Part shown: one piece after another, positions 14,031 to 25,970 of the stretch
Position numbering within the stretch: the first letter of the stretch is position 1
Layout: the number at the start of each line of letters is the position of its first letter
Made by a program: the position numbers and the translations under genes
The notes under the pieces: model-generated
Database searches by the model: none
What the model saw: only the letters and a program-made list of their open reading frames with translations
What the model was told of the DNA's origin: nothing
DNA from: Camelus dromedarius
Lineage: Eukaryota
NCBI RefSeq assembly: GCF_036321535.1
Contig: NC_087436.1
Coordinates: forward strand, 46,688,001 to 46,752,000
Direction of reading: 5' to 3'
DNA length: 64,000 bases

Positions 14031-15469
14031 CTCTATTGGTACTAATAATTGTAGAATTCTTACTAGCAATAAGTAATCTAACTCAAGAGAACAAGCATAA
14101 TATTCAGCCCTGCTTCACAATCTTACTCCACAAGAATTGTATATGATCTTAGTTGGTGTTATAAGCTAGACATAGCCCCATCTAAATTCTGGGATCTCAA
14201 GCTCCAAATCAGGGTAAAAAAAATGCAGGTATGCTATTACACTGCTGAAAATAAACTCGATTTACTTAAAACATATGGAGATTTTCTACATTTAAGGGTG
14301 AAAGAATCCCCCCTCCTTCTAATAGAATTTATAAGCAATTCAATGGAAGGAGAAACACGAGACTTTAAAAAGAAACCACTGACTATATTCACATGTCTTT
14401 TTAGGAATCTGTCAAGAACACTTTAAGTCACACACAGAGAACTGGATTCAATAAAACGCCTTTTTTTTTTTTTTTTTTTTACAAAATCAAAACCTAGAAC
14501 AGTAAGGAATCCATTTTGGTCACTTGGACAGTGCTGCTATGTTCACACCAACCTATGCTCTTATGTACACACCACAAGATGAAATCCGCAGTGCTGCAAG
14601 AGGTGGGGTGAGAGGAGGGAACTGGACCAAACTGTGTGACAGTGTAAGGTGAAGAGGAGACGTTAGCAAAGGGACCTTTAAGTGTGGTCTGTGATCAAAA
14701 ACAGTGGCTAAACACAGGTGAAGGAATGGTCACCACTCAGGTGTATTTCACATCCGTAGTCTTATGGACAGCATATTTGTTAAGTGGGGGCGAAAGGGTT
14801 GAAAATTTACACATATAGTATATGAACAATTTTATGATGTCTTGTATCTAGAAAACGAAACGGGGGAAAGACACCGAACTGTTAAAACTGATTATTTGTA
14901 TACTGAAGTCAAAGGGGATTCTATTCTTTCCCATACTTACTAAACTGTCTATAGTTGTTGAAAAGCTTTCATTTGAAAAGTGAAAACGTTTCAAATTTAT
15001 AAAAGGTTAAACCATCTAACATATGAATTTTTAAAAGTATGTAACTATAATGCTTTAGCTTTCTCAAATTGCTAAGTTAACCCACTTATTTTGCAGAAAC
15101 CTGGTAAGTCCTCAGCAGTTCATGAAATGGTCTTAGAAGACAGTTCAGAAGAGCTTATGTAGAATACTTGGAGGGATGCTTGATACAGTCTAAGCACTTT
15201 AAGAATGAGCTTTTATTAAAACCCTTTACATACTTTTTCATTAAGAGGCACCAGGATCAATACAACATAGTTTCTAAGAGAAAATATATTAAGGTCCCTA
15301 TTTTATTGCTGTCTAGAGCTGCCATCAAAAAATTCTAGCCATCATTGACCTCCAATTACTTTCAGAAAAAGTAATCAACTAAAATCATGGGGCTCTCTAG
15401 TTACCACAGAAACCAAACCTGCACACTAACAAATCACCAACAGAAATTAACAGAACAAGGCTTTTTCAC

Positions 15470-15475
15470 TTTATT
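15470..15475 (-). terminator. RPL34: RPL34 polyadenylation signal AATAAA
   Basis: tttatt on +, 24 nt after the stop; a GU-rich downstream element (ttgttctgttaatttctgttggtgatttgtt) follows on the minus strand. Confidence 0.85.
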
Positions 15476-15499
15476 ACTCAAAAAAGCTTCCTTTTTTTT

Positions 15500-15616
<117 letters not shown>

Positions 15617-17810
15617 TTAAAAATTGACTAACACAGGCAGGAAAAGTACCATAACTGAGTAAAGCAATCAGTGAAGATACCCAGAAAAGTAAATGAAACC
15701 CATACAAATACAGATTTAAAACTTAAGAGCAGGAATAATATGGACCCTTTCAGCCTAAGGTCTCCTTCCTACACTGGAATTTAGAACAGGGTAATTCTTC
15801 AATTCTATGCCAGTAGTACCTGCCCTCCTCTTCTGAGCCATGATAAGCTATAAAATCACCCCCACAGCAGACTGCTCCTTATGATAGCTTTCATTTAACC
15901 TCACTTCATTATTAGGATCCAGGACTAATGGTATTACTTGATTCGCAGTGTGTCTTAGAAATTTCCTATTTCTCAAGGTTTTTAAAAATATTAAATTTGG
16001 AAGGATTTGCAATTTCTGTGCTTTGAACCTCCATTTAGAGACAAAATGCATTTTATTGATCACTATTATTATTGCACATAGGACCTGGAAACAGAAGGTC
16101 CATATTACCACTTGCTAACTCAAAGCTACCTCTAGAGATAAAGCTCTCATTTAATTCCCACAGAAACCTACCCCATCTATGCTCCCTACTGGTATCCCTG
16201 GTTATAATAATCTACCCTCAGAACCCTGGGATTTCTGACTCCTTCGAATGTCTGGGATGTAATCACATTACATAAATACAGCTCACTCTTAGAGCAAAGA
16301 CTGCAGACTCCCCTCAATGTAACAGCCAATGCTATTCTATAGATCTAAACCCAAATATCCAGAAGCTGGGGCCTGAATTGTATTTTTAATAAATGTGGTC
16401 ATGTGGTTATGTTTAGCAAAGTCTGGGAGCCAGAGACTGGTAAAAAGCCAAATTCCTGTAGCTTAAAACTCACAATCCATTCATCTCCAACATACCTTTC
16501 AGACTTCACTTCTCAATCTTCATTTTACACTCTCAATGTGCCAGATCAAACTATGTTCATTCTCTGCCTGCAATGCCCTCTGTACCTCATGTCCGAAACT
16601 CACCCATCATTCAGATTCCACCTCAAATACTATTTCCAGATTCTCAGCTACTTGAAAGCTATTTCTCCTCTAACTTCAACCAGTTTTCCTATCTTATGCA
16701 AGTTTTATTTAGCTTGTATTTGTATTAACGTTAACATGCCTAATCATCCCCTTACAAATTAACTCCTGAAAGGCAGAATGAACTTGCAACATTTGGTGTC
16801 AGATTTGGTAGACTTGGCCAGACCACTTGATAGAATAAGCTGACTAAACTGGAGGCAAACTATTCCTCTAAACCAATTTCTTCACTTGTAATGGCCAATC
16901 ACCTCTCAAACCTTTCCACTTAGGTCTTTGGAGTCAATTTAATGTAGACAGTACGGTTAATTAAGAGTAAGAGTCTCAACAAAATCTGGAAATAATCCTG
17001 ATGCTGCCCCTTAACAGCTTTATGAATTTAAGCAACAAGCCTTGGTTTCTCCACAGAAAATGAGAATAGAAAACACCTCCCTGATGGACTTCTGACAGTT
17101 TATCATAAAAATGCTGAGCAGAGGTCACCATTATTAACCCCCTGCTTCCACTCCTACCTATGCTACTACCAGTCCTTTAACAGTCACAAGACCGCGTCCT
17201 CTCCCAATAACCCCACCTCTAACCCCATCCAGCCTTCAGGTCTTAATGTAGATGTCATTTCCTTAGCCTTCACAGAGAAGAGAAACTCTTCCAACCACTC
17301 ATCTTTAGTAGAAAGACGACTTCACTATCCATCCTGCTGCAGTTTTAGTTTCTGGCACACCAAAGGTTTCAGTGCCCTGCTCAAAACCCATCATTTCCCC
17401 TATTTGTAAAGATCAAGCTAAAAACCTGGCTTATGAGGTCCTTCATTATCTGTGACGTTTCCACCTTTCCTGTGTACCATCTCCCACAATGCTGTTCCAG
17501 CCACACTGGAACTATATATAGCTACGCCGTTCTTAGACTTTCCATCAACCTGACAGACCAAATCACTAGGAGTTCCTTACCTGCCCCTCCAAGTCCTTTT
17601 AGTTTCTACATCTAGCATAAAGATGTTCCAAATCACAACCGAATTAATCTGAACTAATATCATTTATTAGTATGTACAGCACCAATTATCCCTAGTTAAG
17701 GATTCTAGAATATGCAAATTCTGTTATTTCTTCACCAGTCTTCTAATAATAATTAGCATGCAATGCAACACATACACTTGTTTAAGACAGTCTGACTTCA
17801 TTATTATTTA

Positions 17811-17984
<174 letters not shown>

Positions 17985-18115
17985 CTAAGTGTTAAGTGTA
18001 AACATTAAACAAGGTTACAGAGGGAAATGATAAACTGATTTATCTGAAAGGCATTTCACTGAATTTGTCATATAGGCTTTAAAAGAAAGTCTATGTCCTT
18101 CACAGATTTGGATCA

Positions 18116-18485
<370 letters not shown>

Positions 18486-18643
18486 TCTGAATGCCTAAAT
18501 AGAGAAAAATGAAATAAAACTGCATTGTAGAAAAAATTCAAATTTTAAAACAGCATCACAAAGTTTATTATCCATGTACATTCTTAAATATAATATCCTT
18601 ATATTAAGATATTTCATGAAAAGGAGTCTGTATTTTAAAACTA

Positions 18644-18927
18644 TAGTTGGCCCTCTGTATCCACAGGTTCTGCACCCAGTTTCAACCAACCGTGCATCAA
18701 AAATATTTTGGGGAAAAAAATTTCATAAAGTTCCAAAAAGCAAAACTTCAATTTGCCATGTGCCCACAACCGTCTACACAGCCATTTATGCTGCATTACT
18801 ATTACAGGTAATCTAGAGATGATTTAAAGTACACGGGAGGATTTACATAAGGAAACTTGAATATCAACAGATTTTGATATCCTCAGGGGCCCTGGAACAA
18901 TCCCCCAGGATACTCAGGGATGGCTAC
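18644..18927 (-). mobile_element. MER2-like Tigger element in RPL34 intron 1
   Basis: Minus strand reads gccatccctgagtatcctgggggattgttccaggg..atcaaaatc..tcaagt, like the MER2 end; the other terminus is tagttggccctctgtatcc. Confidence 0.7.
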
Positions 18928-19727
18928 ACTTACATCTAAAGGTAACTGGTAAGAATGCTAAGAGGCAATGTTTGCTTTCCTAATGGTAACCAAATGCAGA
19001 GCACTTGGTTACAATTACAGGTTTCTCTCCTACTGAAACTGATTCCATCTGGAGCGGTGTCAGGAAAATTGCTACCAAAAGGCAAGTTTGAGAAACGCTG
19101 GTTTTAAAGGAAGGGCACACCAGAGAATTTAAGTTGAATCCTTAGCCATGCCATTTACTGGGAATATAAAGCGCCAGGAGCTGGCTTCCTTATCTCTAAA
19201 ATATAGTTTTTACCTAGTTCACACAACTGTCATTAGGATTAAATGACAAGAGGCATCCTGACCAACATAGTGCCTGCCCACATAGTAGCTGCTCGGCGTT
19301 CAATGTTTTGCTCCTAACAGTATCTGGGTCAAGTTAAGTGCTATTCTTATTAATTTTGGTATTGGACCAAATGTCTCTGGATTATGGCAGCTAACTGGGT
19401 CCCCCAGCCCACACTTAACAACTAGAAGTACTACTGAATGATGTTTTTTAGCAAATCAGTTATACAGCTACGCAAATGAACGACTTCGCTCTTCAAAACA
19501 TAAGCAAGACTTGAGCCAACCTAATTTGTTATCCCAAATCTTCTTAACTATTTCATCACAACGTGTTATTTTAAAAAAAAATGCATTTGTTGTTACAAGT
19601 TCCTTACTATCATTATACTGTAACTGTCAGAAACCAAAACCAACACGGAAGGCCAGGGCGAGTGACCCAATCAGCCGCTAGTCCGTATGCCTCTCCAAAA
19701 CCAAGACAGGAAACTTCCTGTTAAAAC

Positions 19728-19885
19728 TTTTTTTAAAAATTTAAGTATAGTTTACTTACAATGTTTCAAGTGTACAGCAAAGAGATTCAGCTATACACAT
19801 ACACACTTTTTCAGGTTCTTTCCATTAGAGGTTATTACAAGATACTGAATATAGTTTCTTGTGCTGTACAGGAGGTCCATGTTGC
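19728..19885 (-). mobile_element. Short L1 3' end with TSD in RPL34 intron 1
   Basis: L1 3'UTR motif; flanks cctgttaaaac (19717-19727) and cctattaaaac (19886-19896). Confidence 0.8.
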
Positions 19886-19999
19886 CCTATTAAAACATTT
19901 TTTATCTTCCATGCTATTGGTCTTGGAAAAGAAAACACTCTGAAATGATCCGAATATGCCACTCACTGGCCCTCCCAAATCCTAGAGAACAGCTACAGA

Positions 20000-20680
20000 G
20001 GCGGGGTTAAAACGTGGGCCTAAGATACGAGCACGTTCCGTGATTTCGCTGTCTCAACCAGCCGGAACACAACTCGTTTGTCTCCGAACGCCGGAGGCGA
20101 AGGCGGCAAAGTCAGTGGTGGTGAACTGAGGCCACTTAACTGCTCGGAGTGGAGACTGGGAACGAGGGGTATCTGAAGCTAAAAGCCGGGGAACTGCACA
20201 CCACGAACCTTCCTCCTGAGCCCTTACTCCCACGCCAGCTCAAACGACTGTCCCTGAGAGATCCCGGCTCCGGCAACTCCTCGGATGGCGGCCGATTCTA
20301 AAGGCAGTAGCGACAGGAGAAAGAAAAAGCATCCATACCTCTAGATCGGTCCCCGGAAGAGGAAAAAGGAAGGGCCGGCGAGTTCAAAGGCCAAATATGA
20401 CTGCGCATGATAGGAAGTTACGTCATAGGAAGAGGCGAGGCGGAGAGAATGCCGCCATGTTGTACGGAAGGTAAGCAGTTCCCCTTAGTGGGCGGGATTT
20501 CATAGCACCGCTACGTTGTACGTAAAGCGACGTGCCGCGGTTCCTCAGGCCGGGATGCGCCTCATCCGTCGGGGACAGCGCCACACAAAGATCTTTTGGA
20601 ACAAGCGCTAATGACAAAGGAGCTGCATAGGGCAGAGGTGCGACAAAATAAGGTTTTTTCCGTTCCCATGGGCGCTATGA
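20000..20680. promoter_or_regulatory. RPL34: CpG island / RPL34 promoter
   Basis: The only dense CpG cluster in the window. Motifs: YY1-type gccgccatgttg (20451-20462), ETS ggaagt (20413), CRE-like ttacgtca (20418-20425), NRF1 half-site tgcgcatg (20402), E2F-like ggcggga (~20491). Confidence 0.9.
20339..20368 (-). other. RPL34: RPL34 non-coding exon 1 with 5'TOP/TCT pyrimidine tract
   Basis: Minus strand cttcctttttcctcttccggggaccgatctagag|gtatgg; a pyrimidine initiator is typical of ribosomal protein genes. The exact TSS is estimated. Confidence 0.88.
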
Positions 20681-20699
20681 CACATTTTACCTAAAGAGC

Positions 20700-21010
20700 G
20701 TCAGATCTGGGGTTAGACCTGGGTTTAAATCCCAATTCTGACAGTTATCATTAGGTGACCTTCGAGGAGTTGCTGCCTTTAACCGCCCTTTCTTTTTCTT
20801 GTCATTCATTCAAAGTACAAGCTTTACAAGATCAGGATTTTAATCCTATATCTGCTAATTATTATCTGTGTTCCGTTGGGCGAGCCCTTAAATCTGTAAG
20901 AAGGTATTAGTAACTACTCTACAGAGTTTTGTCGTGATCAAAGGTATCATAAAGTTAAGGCACTTAGCACAGTGCCTTGTAGAGAGTGAGTGCTCAGTAA
21001 ATGGTGGCTA
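20700..21010 (+). mobile_element. MIR fragments
   Basis: agacctgggtttaaatccca..; aggcacttagcacagtgcct..tgctcagtaaatg. Confidence 0.6.
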
Positions 21011-21279
21011 ATCTTAAGATTATATATAGAGTTTCTCGAGACTTCACATGAGTGGTAGAGTTTGAGCTGCATCTCAAAGATGTGGAGGAAGGAATAAAAC
21101 CCACTAAAATAGCATGTAAAAGTTTACATTTCTTAATGCCTATGTGTATTTTTCTGAGGAGAGAGTTCTTAGCTTTCATTATATTGTCAAGGGGGTTCAT
21201 GACCTCCAAAAAAGTAAAGAACACTTCACCTAGGCTCTAAGGAAGAATGCTTAAAAGGGTCGTTACATTTTTAATCTCA

Positions 21280-21620
21280 AATTAGGCTCCCTGGAAACAT
21301 ACTGAGAGAGAGTTATATGCTGGGGTACGGGAGAGCACTCTTAAAAAATGCTCCCGTGAGGAACGTAGGACCTGGGGACCCTCAATGTGGTTGCAACTGA
21401 GACCTCAGCTGTTCCAACAGGGAGCCCTGGAATTAGGCGGGCTCTTAGTTGTCCCAAATTGGCAGGGAAGCTGGACTTTTGCAGACCCACATCAGCCAGT
21501 CTTTGGTCTCGCTGCTCCCTGACCGTGGGTGAAGCTGTTTCCTGAATCTGAGAGCAATGTCCAGTGATGCAGTGACCCAGCCAGTATCCTTGACCCAGAA
21601 GAGACAACTTGAATAAAGTA
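21280..21620. mobile_element. LTR16-like ERVL LTR fragment
   Basis: ggctccctggaaaca..ctgag; cagctgttccaacagggagccctgga..gttgtcccaaattg resembles the LTR16 family as recalled. Confidence 0.45.
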
Positions 21621-22099
21621 TCCCAGTGTCCAACTCAGGTTCCCTTCTAGGTTTTCCAGTTCAGTTACCGAGGTGAGAAAGCAGGCAAGTGACTGAGGGC
21701 AGGTACCCTGCCCATCGTGCCTCACAGCACTGCCATCTGTGTTGTCACACGGGATGGGAGGCTCTGGTTATATCCCCCCCTTTGCCTACTCTCACATAGC
21801 TACTTCTCCCTGACCTTGTCATAGTTACTTCTCTCCTTCCCAGTCCTTCACTTTTTGTCCTCTGTAATCCCTTTTGTCTCTGTACCAGGCATTAAGATGG
21901 AGGCTGGATAGAGAGTTAAATGTGGCTTCTTAATGAATGAACAAATGAATGCATTTACTTGGAATATATATTCTTTCTATTTCTGGAGAATGCTGGGCAG
22001 TTGAGTATAACAGAAGATGGGAACCCTTAGCACACTGTAGTGTACCTAGTGTGTGCTACCTAGCTTTCCGTGCCCACCTCCACGCCAGTAGATAAAAAT

Positions 22100-25000
22100 A
22101 ATGGTCTCACGATCAGTTTCCCTTATTATACTTAACCCAGTTCTATAACGTGACTTCTCTTTCAATCTGTATTTGCATTTTTTCTTGATCAGTTTTGCCA
22201 GAGATGTGGATATCTTATTAAACATTTCCAAAAACCTCATTTGTTTCTATTAATCTTTCTTTTAGTTCTTTGTTGATTAATTTCTGTGTACACTTACTAG
22301 ATATTTCATAAACTTTTGTAAAATTGAAATAAGACTAACCTACCTCACTTTTTTCTGTCTTGGGCTGTGAAACTTTGAGGTTTAACACCTATTTATTTAA
22401 GGGATTTTTTTGTAAAAGTTATTAATTTTAATATCAAATTTATCTTTTTTGAGTTTGTGCTTTTTGTGTCTTGTTTCTAAAACCCTTTCCTACTCAGAAA
22501 TCTGTAAGATATTCACCTAGATTTTCTACTAATGATTTAAAGTCTTGTTACAACTTATTTAGAGTTGACTTTTGTGTATACTGAGTTAGGGATACAATTT
22601 TCTTCCTTTCCATACGTTAACCTCATTTTTTCCCAACTTTATTTACTGAATAGTCCCTTTCCCCCACCAATCTAATATGTTATCTCTGTCATATACCAGT
22701 GTTCCATACATGTGTGGATCTGTTTCTGACTCTCTGTTCCACTGGTCTTGTCTTTGTGAGTTCTTTACTCTCTAAATTTAGTAAATCCTAACTGTTGGAA
22801 GGGCAAATATGTACTACCTTTTCTTCTTTTTCAGAAGGAAAATTCTTGACTTTTTCTTTTCCAGATACATTTTAGAGTCAGCTAATCTGAATTTGTTTGG
22901 ATTTGTATTGAATCTATGGATCAATGAGAGAATTGACATTTTTATAAAATGAAGTTTTTGTAAGTATAAATATAGCATATCTCTCTGTATATTTAAGTCC
23001 TCTTTAATGGCCCTTAATACATTTAATACTTTGTCTATAAAGATTTGCCTTTTGTTAGATTAATTTTTAGGTACTTGACATTTTCTAATTCTATTGTGAA
23101 TGGTGTCTTTTAAACTAGATAGTCCAGTTTTTTGTTGCTGGTATATAGAAATCCTGTTGGTTGTATATTAATTTTACCTTCTGCCATCTTGATAAATTCT
23201 ATTATTTCTAGTAATTTGTGTAAAGATTCTTTTGGACTTTCTAAGATTTGTTTGAAGCAGTAATTAAAAATCTTCACACAAATAATACCCTTACAGTTTG
23301 ATAAATTTTTCACAAACTGGATGCACCTAGATGAAGACACAATATTATCAGCACTCCAAATGTCCTCTCTGTGCCCCTTACATTCTCTCTCCCTGTTTCC
23401 AAAGGTAACCACTATTCTGACTTATGCCCCATAAAGTTTTGCCAATTTTAGTTCTTTATATAAATGAGAAGTATTATTTATATCTGACTTCTTTTGCTCA
23501 AAATTATGTTTGTAAGATACATGCATATTATTTTTTCTTCCTATTGCTATGTGGAATTCCATTGAGTAAACATACCACTGTTTTCCTGTTGAGGGACATC
23601 AAGTAGTTTCCAAGTTTGGGCTGTTATGAATGGTGCTGCTGTAAATATTGTAGTACTTGTATTTTGGTGAAGATAATGTACACATTTCAGTTGGGTATAC
23701 ACCTAGATCTGGAATTGATGGGTCATGGAGTACATGTGGTATGCAAAGGCTAAGAGTTCTAAGATGGCCTTCAATGACTTCTGCCCCATGTTGGTTCTCT
23801 TGTAATTATGTTATATTACATGTCAAAAGGGATTTTGCAGATGTAACTAAGGTTATTAATCAGGTGACCACAAACCAAGCCAAAATTAGAATTAACTTCT
23901 GCTATGCTAAATATAGAATTCAAGATTGGCAGTTTTTTTTTTTTTTTCAGTACTTTGAAAATATCATTTTATTGTTTTTTGGCTACCATGATCTGTTGAG
24001 AAGTCAAATTATTCTTATTTTTACTCCTTTAAAGGAAAGTTTTTTTTTGTTTGTTTGTTTGTTTTTCTGGCTGCCTTTTGTAACATTTTGTCTTTAGGTT
24101 GGGCTTCCATTAGTTTTGGTTTCCAGTAGTTTTACTATGATGTGCTTAGGCATGCTTTTCTCTTTATTTCTTTTGTGGAGCTTGTAGGATCTTTTATATC
24201 TATATATTGATATCTCTCATGAGTTTTAGAAAATTCTCAGCCATTATCTATTCAAATATTGCTTCTGCCCCATTCTCTTCTCTCCTTTTGGGACTCTAGT
24301 TACACACTGTACTCTTATCACTGTATCTGTAGATCTCTTTTCTGGTTATCAGTTGCTGTGTAACAAGCCATCTCAAACTTAGTGGCATAAAATAACCGCC
24401 ATTTTATTATGCATATGGATTCCATGGGTCAGGAATTTCTACATGGCATAGTGAGAATGGTTTGTCCTTGTTTCATGGTGAGTGGAGGTGGACTTGAATG
24501 GCTGGAGGCTGGAATCATCTAAACAATTTTTTAGTTAATTCCTAGGTTGAGATACCTTGAAGCTAGGCTTAGCCTGAGACTGTCAATAAGAGCACTTATA
24601 CATAGCCTCTCCATGGGGCTTGGGCTTCTCACACATGGCAGCTGGGTTCTGAGAGGGAGCCTCTCAAGAGGGAGCATCTAAAAAGCAAGTATTCTAGGAG
24701 AACTAGTAGCAGCTGCACGGCCATTTATGATCTAGCCTTGGAAGCTACATAGCATCATTTCCACCATTGGTCAAAGCTGCCACAAGCCCCCAACATTCGA
24801 AGACATATATCCTCACCCCTTGATGAATAGAGTGTCAGTGATTTTAGGATTATATTTTAAAGCTTCCACAGTTTCCTGTACTCTTAATATTTACTATCAT
24901 TTTGTTTTTCCATGCTTTGTTCTGTTTTCTTTTGAACTGTCTTCCAGTTCATTAATTCTCTTGTCAGTATCACTCCAATGAGTTTTTCATTTCAGTTATT

Positions 25001-25970
25001 GTATTTTTTAGGTCTAATTTTTTCATTTATTTCTCTGTTTATACTTCTCATTCTCTGCAGAAATTTTCAATCTTGATTTTTATTCCTCGAGTTCTTGAGT
25101 ATATTTAGGAGAATTATTTTAATGTTTTGTAACTGATCACTTCATTATCTGAATGCCCCAAGGATGTCTTTTTATTGTCTGATATTTCCCTTGGTTTTTG
25201 TTGTCTTCTCGCCTCATGTGGTTGATTGCTTTTTATTGATTTCAGGATATTTTATGTGAAAAATTAAGAGTAATTTTAGGTCTTACATAACTACTCATAT
25301 ACAGATTTTAGATTCAACTTGTTTAGCTCCAGACAAAAACTTGTTGACATTTTTATTATGTTATATTTATGTGTTAACTTGGGGAGAATTGACCTCTTTA
25401 TTATGTTGAGTCATCCTATCCAAGAACATGGAATGTCTTTCTATTTATTCATCTTTATTTTTAAACTTTTATTCATATAGGCCTGTGCATTTTTATTGAG
25501 ATTATTTCTAGGTATTTAATCTGTTTTCTTGCTAATATAAATGGCATTCTCTTTTCCATTGCTCCATTTAACTTTTTTTTTATTGTAGGCTGTGATTTTT
25601 ATTAATTTATATTCTACTACCTTACTTCATTTTCTTATTATTGGTATTTAATTTTATTAATTTTAGGGGGGGGGTTCCAGATAGTTATCTAGGTATTTTA
25701 CCTCTTTCTTTCTAATTCTTAAGCCTCTTGTCCAATTCCATTGGCTGATGCTTCAAACATAATATTAAATAGTAGTGTAGGTAATGGCCTTTTTCCTGAA
25801 TTTAGCAGGAAAGCATCCAGTGTTTCTTCACTAAGTCGTGTGTTAAAGAAATAGCCATTGATTATTATTTCTTAAAATTTTTTTTACTATCAGGAATAGG
25901 TGTTGAATTTGCCCCTTTTCTTCTCAGTATCTATTAAGATGACAATTTAAGTTTTCTCCTCAGATCAGTT
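22100..25970 (-). mobile_element. Mosaic of old L1M/HAL1 fragments with nested MLT1 pieces
   Basis: T-rich + strand with reverse L1 motifs (ORF 23110..23412: LESPKESLHKLLEIIEFIKMAEGKINIQ, L1 ORF2-like). MLT1 fragment at ~23735-23870. Confidence 0.75.
24345..24869 (-). mobile_element. MLT1 (F/G/H-like) solo LTR inside L1
   Basis: gttgctgtgtaacaagccatctcaaacttagtggcataaaataac ... ending ttttaaagcttccaca. Confidence 0.7.

Noticed and set aside
13644..14456. 14-bp direct repeat tggattcaataaaa about 800 bp apart as a TSD
   Set aside because: No poly(A) tail inside the repeats, and the interval contains an old MER63-like element; probably chance.
1..15400. OSTC exons (downstream neighbour of RPL34 in human)
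   Set aside because: No OSTC-like coding sequence or second CpG island seen; it probably lies outside the window.
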